Positions 1 through 11,562 of a stretch of DNA of 64,000 nt are shown one piece after another (position 1 is the first letter of the stretch; each line of letters begins with the position of its first letter). Source of the stretch: the human T2T-CHM13v2.0 reference genome, Homo sapiens; assembly GCF_009914755.1 (NCBI RefSeq), contig NC_060926.1; one strand, 5' to 3'. The translations under genes and the position numbers were made by a program. Below the pieces are notes generated by a model that saw only the letters and a program-made list of their open reading frames with translations, had not been told where the DNA came from and made no database searches.

Positions 1-115
1 GGCCCACCCCAGAGTTCTTAATTCAGCAGGTCTGGGTGGGGGTCTCAGAATTTGCATTTCTAACAAGTCCCTGGGATACGGACGCTGCTAGTCCAAGTAC
101 TACATTTTGAGGCAT
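1..115. mobile_element. MER5A-like hAT-Charlie DNA transposon fragment
   Basis: ccccagag..attcagcaggtctggg..gaatttgcatttctaacaagt resembles the MER5A consensus. Confidence 0.75.
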
Positions 116-137
116 TCTTGTCTGAATTATCATTTCT

Positions 138-269
138 GGCCAGGCGTGGTGGTGGCTCATGCCTGTAATCCCAGCACTTTGAGAGGCTGAAGTGGGAGGA
201 TCACTTTAGTCCAGGAGTTCGAGACCAGGCTGGGCAACATAGCAAGACCTCATCTCTGCAAATAAAATA
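138..269 (+). mobile_element. Alu left monomer (FLAM_C-like)
   Basis: Left-arm sequence plus A-rich tail; TSD aattatcatttct at 125-137 and 270-282. Confidence 0.9.
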
Positions 270-2209
270 AATTATCATTTCTTAGAGTGTGGGACAAGTA
301 CTTCTAGTGACACACAATGTGGTTTTAAGTGATGTGCACACTAACTTTTAAAAAATACTTCTGTTATTTCTAAGGGAAGGTGAGTTATTTACTCACCTTA
401 AAAGAAGAAGGAAGATATAAGGAAAAGTACGACATAAATAATAATACCGGTGATAGTATTATTAGGACTAATAGTGGTAAACATGGTGAATGAGGTATGC
501 AGTCTACAGAAGTCTGGGAGACACTGAGCTAAGTGAAGTCTTCATTTTACAGACCTCACCCAGACTTGATGGTCTCTAAGGGGGCTGAGGTTCCCTGTCC
601 TGCTTGCCACTCCCAAGTTTTCAGAGCACTTGGCAGGCTAGCGAAGGTCATCGTAACTCTGATCCTACCCCAGGAGTCTCCATTCTCAACTCTGAAGACA
701 AGGGTCCATCTTGCTTGCGTGTCCTGAGGCCAGAGCTTTCCAGAAGGCAAGGGACTTGATCTGCAAAGGTGTCCTTTCATGGCTCCCAGGCCCCAAAGCC
801 CCCAGGAGCCTGTTTTGTGCATGAAATTGAAGAAGGGGCTTATGTAACTTTCTTGGCTGCCAGCTTTGGCTCTTCACCCTCTGTGATCTTAATTTTTCTG
901 AATTCGCCAGCCCAGCAGCCTCTGCTTTCCCTTGTGTGGTGTGATCCGGGGAACCCCCTGAGTGGATGAGCAGGGCAGCCCTTACACTTTCCTGAGCATG
1001 TGCTACGTGGCAGGAGCTGCTGGGTGGAGCTTTAGAAACACGGGAGCGATGCGCCTGGCCCTCAGGTGGCCACAGTGTGCGAGGGTCAGACCTGCAGGTA
1101 GAAAATGACCTTGAGTGGTTTTACTTGCTTCAGAAGAGGAATTAACAGGCAGGGCAGCATGGGGAGGGGTCTGGGGAGGCTTCATGGAGGAGGTGACATT
1201 GGAACTTGCTTTTGAAGGATGAAGTGGGGAAAGGCCACGTAAGGCAGTGGAAGAAGCCAGTGCCGAGACTTGATATAGGGGACTGCGGTCATTCAGAAAG
1301 GACTTGCTTGAGTGCTGGGGGCTGAGGTGGGAGAAAGGTGAGGGGCAGGCCCCACAGCCTCAGGAAGCTACGCTGAGGGCTTATTCTGTGAGCCCTGGGG
1401 CCACTGTAGGGCTGGACTTGAGAGGATCCAGGTGACCTTCCTGCATCCACTAGACCCCCAAGGCGCAGTGGGAGCAGTTTTTCACATTGTGGGCCACAGC
1501 CTGTTAGTGGGAATGCAAGATCTATTTAGTGGGCTGCAGCCAGCATGTTACAAAATGGGGGTAGAGGTAGAAGGAAAATGGAAAACCTCAGTGTTGATTG
1601 CACATAGGAGAGATGGGTATTTTGTCGAGAAACTTCGGTTTTATGTCAGGGAAGTGTATGTGGGTAATGGGTTGCCATGTAAGATGTATTTGTCACTATG
1701 GCTCACACTTTTAAAAGCTTGAAAACTATTTCAAGGCACAGAGGCTGACTGAAAGTGGCGAGACTGGCTGGTGTGGTCATCAAGGCCCAAGGTGAGGCAG
1801 GCCAGCCTGGGGCCATGGTACTGGGGACAGAGAGGGGAGGATGGAATCCAGCATCAATCGGATACAGCAAGTGAAGCTGGAGAATTTGAGACTGACTGAG
1901 GTCAGAAAGTCTGACACCAGCCCAAGGCTCTTAGTCCAAGGTCACACCTTGTTTGAGATACTCAATCTTGGTACCCCTTTGGTGGTAAACCGGAAGCCCA
2001 AGTTGCTGGGGGGAAAGAGGGAAAGGGACTAGGGGAAAAGGGATCCTCCCTCCTTTTTGTTGATGTCCTGGGCCTCTAAAGTCCTGGTGTTACAACTCTA
2101 ACTTTTCACTCCAGTTATCGAATGTGTTCAAATAAAACTCCAGCAGTCAGCTCCTCCTGGGGTCTGCTGGTGTGCTGAGAGCATCCTTCTTTGCGAGCTA
2201 GGCTGGTAA

Positions 2210-2398
<189 letters not shown>

Positions 2399-3061
2399 TG
2401 AAGCAGGGGTGGCAGTAGGTCTCCTGCCTGCTTGTGGCAGAGGTTGGTAATCAATCTCAGCATCCTTTCCCACGCAGCCAGGGAGGTGCGGCCTCTTTCC
2501 CCCCGCGGCATTGCAGATAGTCCCTCATGTTAAATCAGATTTCAGATCTACTGCCAGCGCTTCCCTGGGCAAACTGTGTTGACAAACTTGCTACCACCAC
2601 TAGCAAGGTGCTATGCGAACTTTTAGGGATTTGTTTATGATCCTAATAAACAGCATTGACCCTGCTTGCCTGCCCCAACACAGGCCTGCCCTCCTAGTCC
2701 TTAGTTTGTCCAAACCAGAGAGCCACAGCTGCTTCTTATGCTATAATTCTCCATCGAATATCAGAAAGGCACCTGAGAGAGAGAGAGCTGCCCATGCCTG
2801 TGGCATTATGCTCTTCCCAATACTGCAAGGTCCTGCTGAATACTCAGAGTGGGGCTGGGCTCCAAGGGGTCAGGAGAGGGAGGAAATGCTCCTCTTGTCT
2901 AGGAGAGGAGAGAAGAGAAAAGATGAGGTAGGAGCCGTCTGAGGCCAGCAGAGGGGTGGGAGCGCCAGTGTTGGAGGGACTGAAGGAGCAAGGGGGCTCC
3001 TTGGGAGTGGGGTTGGGGAGTTTACCCAAAGGGCCGCACATTGCAAGCGGGGCAGATTTAG

Positions 3062-3304
<243 letters not shown>

Positions 3305-3924
3305 TAAGTTCTGCCTGCCCTGCTGCACCTTGCCAGTCTCACATCTCACGCAGGGTTCTGTCCCCACTGGTGGCTTCCTCTTTGCCCCATGCTCTCCTCC
3401 AGTCTCCACTCAGCACACTGCCAGCCAGCCTCCTCAGTCTCAGCAGGAGCCAGATGAACTAGAGAAGGCAGGTGTTGGGGTCCAGGTTGTGGAGATAATC
3501 CTATAAGGCACTCGGAGACCAAAGAAATCATTTAGAAGTTACCTGTCTTCCCAGTAGTCTTGTCTGATACACCTCTCTCTCGCTTGTGCCATTCATCGAA
3601 GGTGCGGTCTGTAGCCAACCAGCAGAGCGTAGTTCTGGCTTCTCCCTGCTTCTTGCCCCAGCCATTCCCTGCAGTGCTGGTGCTGGGAGGAATGTTTCCT
3701 CCCTGGGAGAATCCGTACTATTCCAGCCCAGCAGCCACCACCCACCGCAGCCTTTCAGATCCATAACTCTGGGGCATATGGTATCCGGTGCCCATGAATT
3801 ATGCAGGAAGAGGTCACCTTACCGAGCTGGTGCTGACTCTGGGGCAGAAGGCTGGCATGGTGGGTCAGTGGTGCTGTCTGGTGAGGTGTGTGCTCTAGCC
3901 AGGCCTGTCATTGGTGTCTTTCAG

Positions 3925-3988
3925 CCTCTACTGCCCCAAGGACAACATCGAGGAAGCCCTCCTGCTCCTCCTCATCAGCGAATCCATG
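3925..3988 (+). CDS. TTC7A: TTC7A exon 8 (64 nt; LYCPKDNIEEALLLLLISESM)
   Basis: gtctttcag|C CTC TAC ... TCC ATG|gtaagc. Confidence 0.97.
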
Positions 3989-4367
3989 GTAAGCTCCAGG
4001 ATGTCCTTCAGGGGCCTCTGGCCCTCTGACCCTGTGGGGAAGGGCTGTGGGGCCCAGGTACAGGCCACCCGTGACCTAGCCAAACTCTGTCTCCCAGGGA
4101 TACTCCTAAAGTAGATGCTTCTTGGCCCTGGGCCCCCATACAGCAAGTCTTGCTCATTAGGTTTGGAATTGGCTGTCGAAGGCTTCATTTGGAGGCCTGC
4201 GTTCTGCCCCCAAATAAGTAGAGACTGAGTGCCTAAGTCCCCACCCACCTCTTTTGGGATTAAAAAGATGATCATCAACAAGGTCACAGTAAAATGTTAC
4301 ATAGCTGTGTGTTGGGTGCTGTGACAGATTTGAGAACATGGCAGGTAGGGAATGGAAGGAATGTGTA

Positions 4368-4490
4368 CTTTGGAGTCAGAAAGCATGGAATCAGGTTCCA
4401 GTTCTGCGTGTTAGTTGAGGGCTGGGGCACATCACTTATTTTCTCTGAGCCTCCGTTTTCTCCCCTGTAATATAACAATACTCACAAAGG
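4368..4490 (+). mobile_element. MIR fragment
   Basis: tttggagtcaga...ctctgagcctccgttttctcccctgtaa MIR core. Confidence 0.6.
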
Positions 4491-4510
4491 TAAGTGTGCC
4501 TATGGAAGGA

Positions 4511-4720
4511 GTTCATTTATTCACGCAACAGCTATTTATTGAGCATCTACTTTGTGCCAGACCCTGCTCTAGACACCAGAGATGCCGCAGCAAACAAAAT
4601 GGAGAAAAGTCCTTTCCCTCGTGGAGCTTACATTCTAGTAAAGGGAAGCAGGCAGTAAATTAATCAAAAACTACAATATGCAGGATGTCCACGCGTGAAT
4701 GCTATGGGAAAAGAACACAG
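4511..4720 (-). mobile_element. L2 3' end fragment
   Basis: ttcatttattca..tatttattgagcatctactttgtgccag..ggagcttacattctag is the reverse complement of the L2 tail. Confidence 0.75.
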
Positions 4721-5740
4721 AGGAGAAGACAAATCGTGCTAGACAAAGCACACATGAAGTTGGCTGTTTAGACTTTTCTACAGGACCCATTGCTCATGTC
4801 CTGGGCAGGAAGATGAGGCAAACACAAGCACGTGGATGCACGCACACACTCGTGCTTGCACACATATGGTGGCCATGGTACCAAGGAATGTTTGCCCAGG
4901 GCCAAGCACTTTGGGTGCTCAGCAAAGGAGAGTGCACTGTGGCTGTGTGGTTGAGGAGGTGGTAAGATGAAGGATGGACTGGACTGGTCCAAAGGGGGCA
5001 CAGGAAGAGTGGGGCAGGAGCATCAGAAGCCAAGCACACAGGAGTCATCTACATGGTCAGGTCCAAGTCCTCCGACCAAGGGGCCCATCAGAGCTGGTGA
5101 GCTGGGAACCACCAGGTTGAGAAATAGGTTTTTAAAAAAACGACGCATCTGAGAGCAGTGTATGGATATGGAGGTTAAGAAACCAAGATCCCGTGAGCTG
5201 GATCCCTGAACAGCCAGAAGTGAATGTTCCCTTGGATGCCTGGGACCATGCGATGCCAGGGCTTGCTTAGATAGCGTTGGTAATCAGATTGCCTCTGGTG
5301 CCTCAGGCCTCCCAGCAAATAGGAGCAGGCGCTGGCCTGTGGGGCAGAGGGATTGCATCCTGCCTCAGCTGGGGCTGGTCCATGTTGGATCTGAGAGTTT
5401 CTGTGTAGGGTGTGGATATTTGGATGGGAGTGCCAGCTGGCCAGGGTGTTGCCCTAAAATGTTTGCCTGTGAGGTGGGTAAGTGGTTGCCCAGGGGAGGG
5501 GCCATCTCGCTGGTTAGCAGCTGTGGAGATACAGGGACCATGTGCCACATCTGATTTTCATGGGAGAACAGTGTGCTTTTTACTTTTTAAAATGGGCCCT
5601 TACTCTGACCACAGACTGAATCCTAGTTTTGAAATATGGAACCCCAGATGCAGACCAGTATTCCCATCCCCTCTCCGCCATTTCACCACGTTCACCCTCC
5701 AGTGAGACTGCCCTGGAATCATCTGTCTGGAAACACAGAG

Positions 5741-6067
5741 TTTTTTTTGTGGTGGTTGTTGTTGTTGTTGTTGTTGTTGTTTTTTGAGACAGAGTCTCCC
5801 TTTATCGTTCAGACTGGAGTGCAGTGGTGCGATCCTGGCTCACTGCAACCTCTGTCTCCCAGGTTAAAGCGATTCTTCTGTCTCAGCTTCCCGAGTGGCT
5901 TGGATTACAGGTGCGCGCCACCACACCTGGCTGATTTTTGTATTTTTAGTAGAGACGGGGTTTCACCATGTTGACCAGGCCAGTCATGAACTCTTGACCT
6001 CAGGTGATCCACCTGCCTCAGCCTCCCAAAGTGCTGGGATTACAGGCATGAGCCACTGTGCCCGGCC
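5741..6067 (-). mobile_element. AluS, antisense, tail decayed to (GTT)n
   Basis: Full dimeric Alu reverse complement ending gtgcccggcc. Confidence 0.95.
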
Positions 6068-6204
6068 TAAACACCGGTTATTTTGTGGCCTTTGTGTACT
6101 GAGGCTTCCAGTGCAATTTACAGGTAGGTGGTGAAAGGCTGGAAACGGGGTCGTCTGTTAGGTCCTTTCTCAGCTAGGGAGGTTCCAAGCTGATTAGGTG
6201 CGCA

Positions 6205-6284
6205 TTATGTTGAGTCATATGAAATTGCCAATTTTCAATTGTTTATGACCTGCAAAAACAACAGTTTCATATAGTTCAGTCTAA
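6205..6284. mobile_element. MADE2-like mariner-derived MITE (about 80 bp, terminal inverted repeats)
   Basis: ttatgttgagtcatatgaaattgcc...gacctgcaaaaac..agtttcatatagttcagtctaa followed by TA; matches the MADE2 consensus as I recall it. Confidence 0.75.
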
Positions 6285-7799
6285 TACTGTATGTTCCCAT
6301 CTTACAGATGACAAAAGTGAGGTCCAGGACAGGTATGGCTGTTGGTCAAGGTCATATACTAATAAGCCTTGAAGCCATGACTCGAACATGTCCTTCTCCC
6401 TCAGCAGTTTCCAAGCCCCAGGACGCAGGGCTCCTGGACTTCCATCCTGGTACTTCCCTTGCCCACTGCTCTAATCCTTGTTCTTAAGTGTAAAAGGCCA
6501 AGGAGGTGACTTTGGGGATCAGAGGGCTTTGTAAAAGGGACAAGCCTGTCAGGGTGAGGATGGTCATAATTTTTCTCCTGGTAGGAGTGAAGCTGAGCTC
6601 TGTCTTCCCAAGTCATTTTCTGTAGCCTCTGCTTGATCTGAGTCCTCAGGACAGAGTTCAGATGCCTTTCAGTTAAGGCTGTCCACCCACCCCCAAACCC
6701 TCCAAGTGGAGAATGGCCTTTTACAGAAACATGGCCCGTGCTTGGAGCCAGGTGGGTTTTCCTGAGTATGCGATCTCCTCCAAGCAGCTCTTTCCCTTTT
6801 GTAAGACAGTGTGGCTGGCAGCCTGCCTCAGAGACTAGGGGTTATGGGGTGGGTGAGTCTGGGTTGGCTGGCCAGGTGGTGTCCTGGGAGATTCCCTGTG
6901 GCATAGGAAACAGAGGCACTGCCCAGACGCTGTTTGCACTGAGGCTGGGAGGAGGCACCTCTTGTGGGGTTGGCTGGTTTGTTTCCCCTTACGCACACCC
7001 AGCCTGTTAGACATTCAGAAACTTGAGGGATTTGGGGGAGAGTATTGGCAATGAACTTAGTTTTAGTGTTTCATCTGCAGTGACCTTTCCCCCGGCTGCT
7101 GGATCTGGCCTCTGTGGCTGGGAATGGTTTCTCTAAGTGGCCAGACCTGCCTTTTCTCCTGCCTTTGTTTTAAATTCTCCTTCCCTCCAATCTCATTCTT
7201 GATCAGTGAGAGGACTAGGGTATGGGTTCCACTCTACCAGCCTCCCAAGCTCCTGCCCTGATACCTCTCAGCTGAACCCCAAGGCTCCATGTACCTGCAG
7301 GGTTTTCCTCATCCCGCTTTGATGTTGGCTGGGTTTGGCTACAAATGATGGGCTTGGGGAGAAACCTCTAGAACAGCAGCTGGTGACCTTGGCTGCTACT
7401 TAGGTTCTCCTAATACCTGCAGAATGCATTATGCTGCAGTGAAAGCTTTTTCCACAGAGCCAACCCAGGAGGCATCATCATCATTGCTTCCACCTCCAGG
7501 ACATCCAGAGCAGCTGCTGCAGGAAACGGTGTTTGCAGGCCTCCTTGTTTTGTGGTTTGGAACTCAGGAGTGGCTGTGTGGTGTGGGGCTGCTACCTTGG
7601 ATATGGTTTTTATTACAAGCTGACTATGTGCGATCAGAATGAATGAGGGAGACCTTGTCTTTCAAGAGGTAAATAGAAACCTTACTAATGCTTTCACAGG
7701 AATGCAAGGAGGATATAAGATATAACTGGTTGAAGATGATTTCTGTTTTGGACCTAGTTTTGGGTCTTCGGAGCCAAAATGACATTTAAAAATCCACAT

Positions 7800-8262
7800 A
7801 CTTATCATTGATTCATTCATATATCGATCACCGACCCACTTTACCATTTATCCTTCTGGCCATCTACCCTCCCATCATTTCTGCATCCGCCCATCCTCCT
7901 ACCCACCATTCATTCGTCCACTTATTAATCCATTCATCTACCATCCATCCATCCACCCATTAATCCATTCATCCACCATCCATCCATCCACCCATTCATT
8001 CATCCGTCTACCCACCCACCCACCAACCATGCATCCCCCTACCTATTCATCCATTTATCCATCCACCTCCCATTCATCCGTCCACCCTTTCCTCCATCCA
8101 TCTACCCACCATTCATCTGTCCACCTATTCATCCACCTATCATTCATCCATCCACCCATCATTCCATCCATCCCCCATTCATCCATCCAGCCACCTACCA
8201 ACCCTGCATCTACCTACCCATTCATCCATTCATCTGTCTATCCACCCACCATGTATCCATCT
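7800..8262. repeat. Degenerate (CCAT)n/(TTCA)n simple repeat
   Basis: Dense ccatccatcc / cattcatcc units. Confidence 0.92.
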
Positions 8263-8759
8263 AATCTTATTCAAGGAGCTACAGCATGCGGGACCATGCT
8301 CAGCAATGTAAAGACAACGATTAACAGTTCAATCATAGTTCCTGTCCCAAATGGACTCCCATCTACTGCAGTTTGTACCCAGGGATGTGGAGGAAACCCT
8401 GGTCCCCAAATCAGAAGGAATGACCCCAGCCTGCTGAACCTCAAACGTAAATTCTTGTTTTTGAAAGAACCGTGTATCAAACCAGCCTGATTTTCTGAGA
8501 CAGCTGGGGAACTAGGAGATACAGGAATCTTTCTTATTTCTGAAATACTGATCTGGGGCATAAAAATATGTGCTAAAGTAAACTGAACCCTTGGATCCCT
8601 GTTTCATTCAGCTGGCGAACAAGTTGCTGCTGTTAGAAATGGAAAGGGTACAGAGCCCTGGTGTTGAGAGTGGGGTGGATAGGTAAGTCTCTGGGTCCTG
8701 GGACTCTGCAGATTAACAGACTTTGTGCCATGCCCAATGCTGGGCATCTGGCTGTTTGA

Positions 8760-8930
8760 ATCTTGAATTTACCATTCACAATCTGTGTGGCCTGGTTGAG
8801 CTTCTTACCACCCTGAGCCTCGGTTTTCTCATCTGTAAAATGGAGCTAATAAGATCTTTCTTGTATGACTTTGGTGAATTAAATAAGAAAATGAATGTGA
8901 AGTGCCTGGTACATTTTGGTTGTTCAATAT
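8760..8930 (+). mobile_element. MIR
   Basis: gagcctcggttttctcatctgtaaaatggag core. Confidence 0.7.
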
Positions 8931-10363
8931 GTCCTGATAAATTTCCTCATTCTGTCCTGATAAATACTTGATTCTGACTTAGTCATTTTTGAAAATGTTC
9001 AGGTCTGATTGGGAGATAAACTGGATTAAGGGTGCCATTCAGTTAAAAAAAAAAAAAAAAGTGCTTCCTGGGCTTGATTCCATTAGGGATTCAGCAGATG
9101 AGCACAGATTGTTTCAGCTTTTGGGATCTGGTTTGTTCTAACACAAGGCCCTGCTCTGCTGAAGGCTGAAGCGGTGAAGGGTCTGATAACACTGCCAGCT
9201 TAGAGCCCTTGGTTCAGTGGAGGTGGGAGAGCCTCTCTCTCTAACCGGCAGAAAGAGCTGTTTTTTCTGCTGCAGGAACCTGACGCAGCAGGAGCTCGGA
9301 GGCTGGCGTGGGCCTGGCCTGGGTCGCTGGGTGGATGGAACATGTCACAGAGCATGTTATTTCTTGGCTCTGTGGACTGGCAGCTCGAGAGCCAGTGGTA
9401 ATTATGTCTGCTGGTGGGGACGACAGCACAGGGGGAGCATGACAGTGTCCTCCAGGGAGGGGGCAGGTGCTGGGTACAGATACTGCCAGGAGACTTGTTT
9501 CTGGGGTAGTTTTGCGGGGGCTGAGGGTGGCAGCAACAGGCCCTGAGCCTTGTTCCTTGGCCAATGGAGAGCCTGTTTTTGAGAATGCGGTTGATCAGGG
9601 CCTTGGACTTGTTGCCCAGGGAGCATGTTCTTTGCAGAGAAGCAGCACCCAGGGCCTGATGGGAGAAGCCTGGCCTTGTGTTTTGCTTCAGTTCTTTTAT
9701 AAGCAGAGCCAGCCCAGGGTCTCTTATGGCACGGATGAGGCTATTGGGCACTTCCTCGGAGGTACCTGGAGGCACAGAAGGAGCCAGGAGTGAAGTCAGA
9801 ATGTCTGGGCTCTAATTTAGGTCCCAACCCCCTGTCTTGTATGCATTGGAAAGCTTACCTGGCCTCCCTTAGTCTTCTCATCTGTAAAATAGGCTGAGAG
9901 TACACAGAAGATTATTGTGAGCATTGTGAGATGCCGTACAGAACATGCTCCACATGGTAGTTTCCTTTCCTTCTCTTAGACTGGAGCCCTGTTTATGTCC
10001 AGGGTTAGAGAGGAGAAACAGGGCTGGGCAGAGGGAGAGGTTAGTGCTGCCTGTGGCCCTGCAGCCACCAAAGGATCAGGACTAGTCTTGTATCTTACTA
10101 GGTTGGAAAAAGCTGGCAGAGGAGCCCCCAGGCAGCTAGAGCTCAGGCAAGCAGCAGCAGTCCCAGACTGGCCGACTGAGGGAATGGGGGGTGGTTCAGC
10201 CTCAGCTCCCTGGGACCTTATGCAAGGTAGTTCATCTTCTGGGGCTCAGTGTCCTCATCTGCAGAGGGTGGGGGGTGGTCAGTGGTTTCATCCCTGCCCA
10301 GGGTTACTGTGAGGCCAGATGAGACGGTGGATGTGACAATTCAGCTTCTAAAGGAGTAATGCA

Positions 10364-10680
<317 letters not shown>

Positions 10681-11548
10681 TCACACGCATAGGGCTGGCT
10701 GTTTGACCAAGAGTAGTCCCTGCCTTGGGTTTCTCATGGGCCAGCCTGCCTGAGGCCTTTCCCTAAGGTCCCATGTTTGCTTCATGGATACTTGGTCAAA
10801 GACCAGAAATGTGTTATGCTAGCAGTGCTGAGCTGTTGGGTGATGGGTGTATGGGGACTAGCGTTGTTTCTTTGGCTTCTCCTCTTCTGACCTGCCAGAA
10901 GGCTTGCAGTGAATGTTCTTTAATTGAGGAGGGGCTACCCTAGGAGAACAGCCGGAAGGACAAAGGCTAGGAGCAGGACAACTACACAAGCCCTAGGTTT
11001 AAATCCTGGGATTAAATGCATGGATTAAACGGAGCAGTGCATCCCCAGCGCTGGGCAGCCTTGGGGTGGGTGTGGGGGTTATGGCAGTGCACACTAGGCA
11101 GGGAGAAACCAGAGGAGAACATTCTGCCATTATTCTAAGAACAGTGAGGAAGAGACGGTGAGAAGATTTAATGTTCATGTATTACTTTAAGGGTCACAAG
11201 TGCATTCACATCTGTTACTGCATTTGATCTAGAGGATTTTCTAATGAAAGAAAGCAGGATTCTGAGGCCACTTCAATGGTGGAAGGGAAAGAGTGTGGCT
11301 GGGACTAGGTCAGAGCTACTCCCAGAGCATGGGGGTACACCATGTGGCCTGAGGGCAGTGAGCCAGGGAGGAGGGAGCAGGACAGCTGGGGGTGCTGGGA
11401 AGGAACTGATGCTCCCATAGTGTCTGAGGCCCTGGCCTCAGAGGCTAGCCCTGGCCCCTGAGCTGCACATTAATTCTGTTCTGCTGTGGCTTACCCACCA
11501 GCCCCCATGCCTGCCTTTTCTCTGTCCCATTTCCCCCTACCCCTCCCT

Positions 11549-11562
11549 GTTGCCATGGTTAC
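11549..11562 (-). promoter_or_regulatory. RFX X-box motif (GTAACC AT GGCAAC)
   Basis: Matches GTNRCC-N(0-3)-RGYAAC; extra half sites nearby; motif only. Confidence 0.45.

Noticed and set aside
5636-6134. ORFs with FFETES.../[10 protein letters not shown] motifs (also near 19.5, 46.8, 57.4 and 62.3 kb)
   Set aside because: Alu-derived reading frames, not genes.
7800-8262. Repeat array considered as CRISPR-like or satellite
   Set aside because: No conserved repeat with unique spacers. It is a degenerate tetranucleotide repeat in a human intron.
8029-8490. His/Pro/Ser-rich 153-aa ORF
   Set aside because: Translation of the (CCAT)n repeat.
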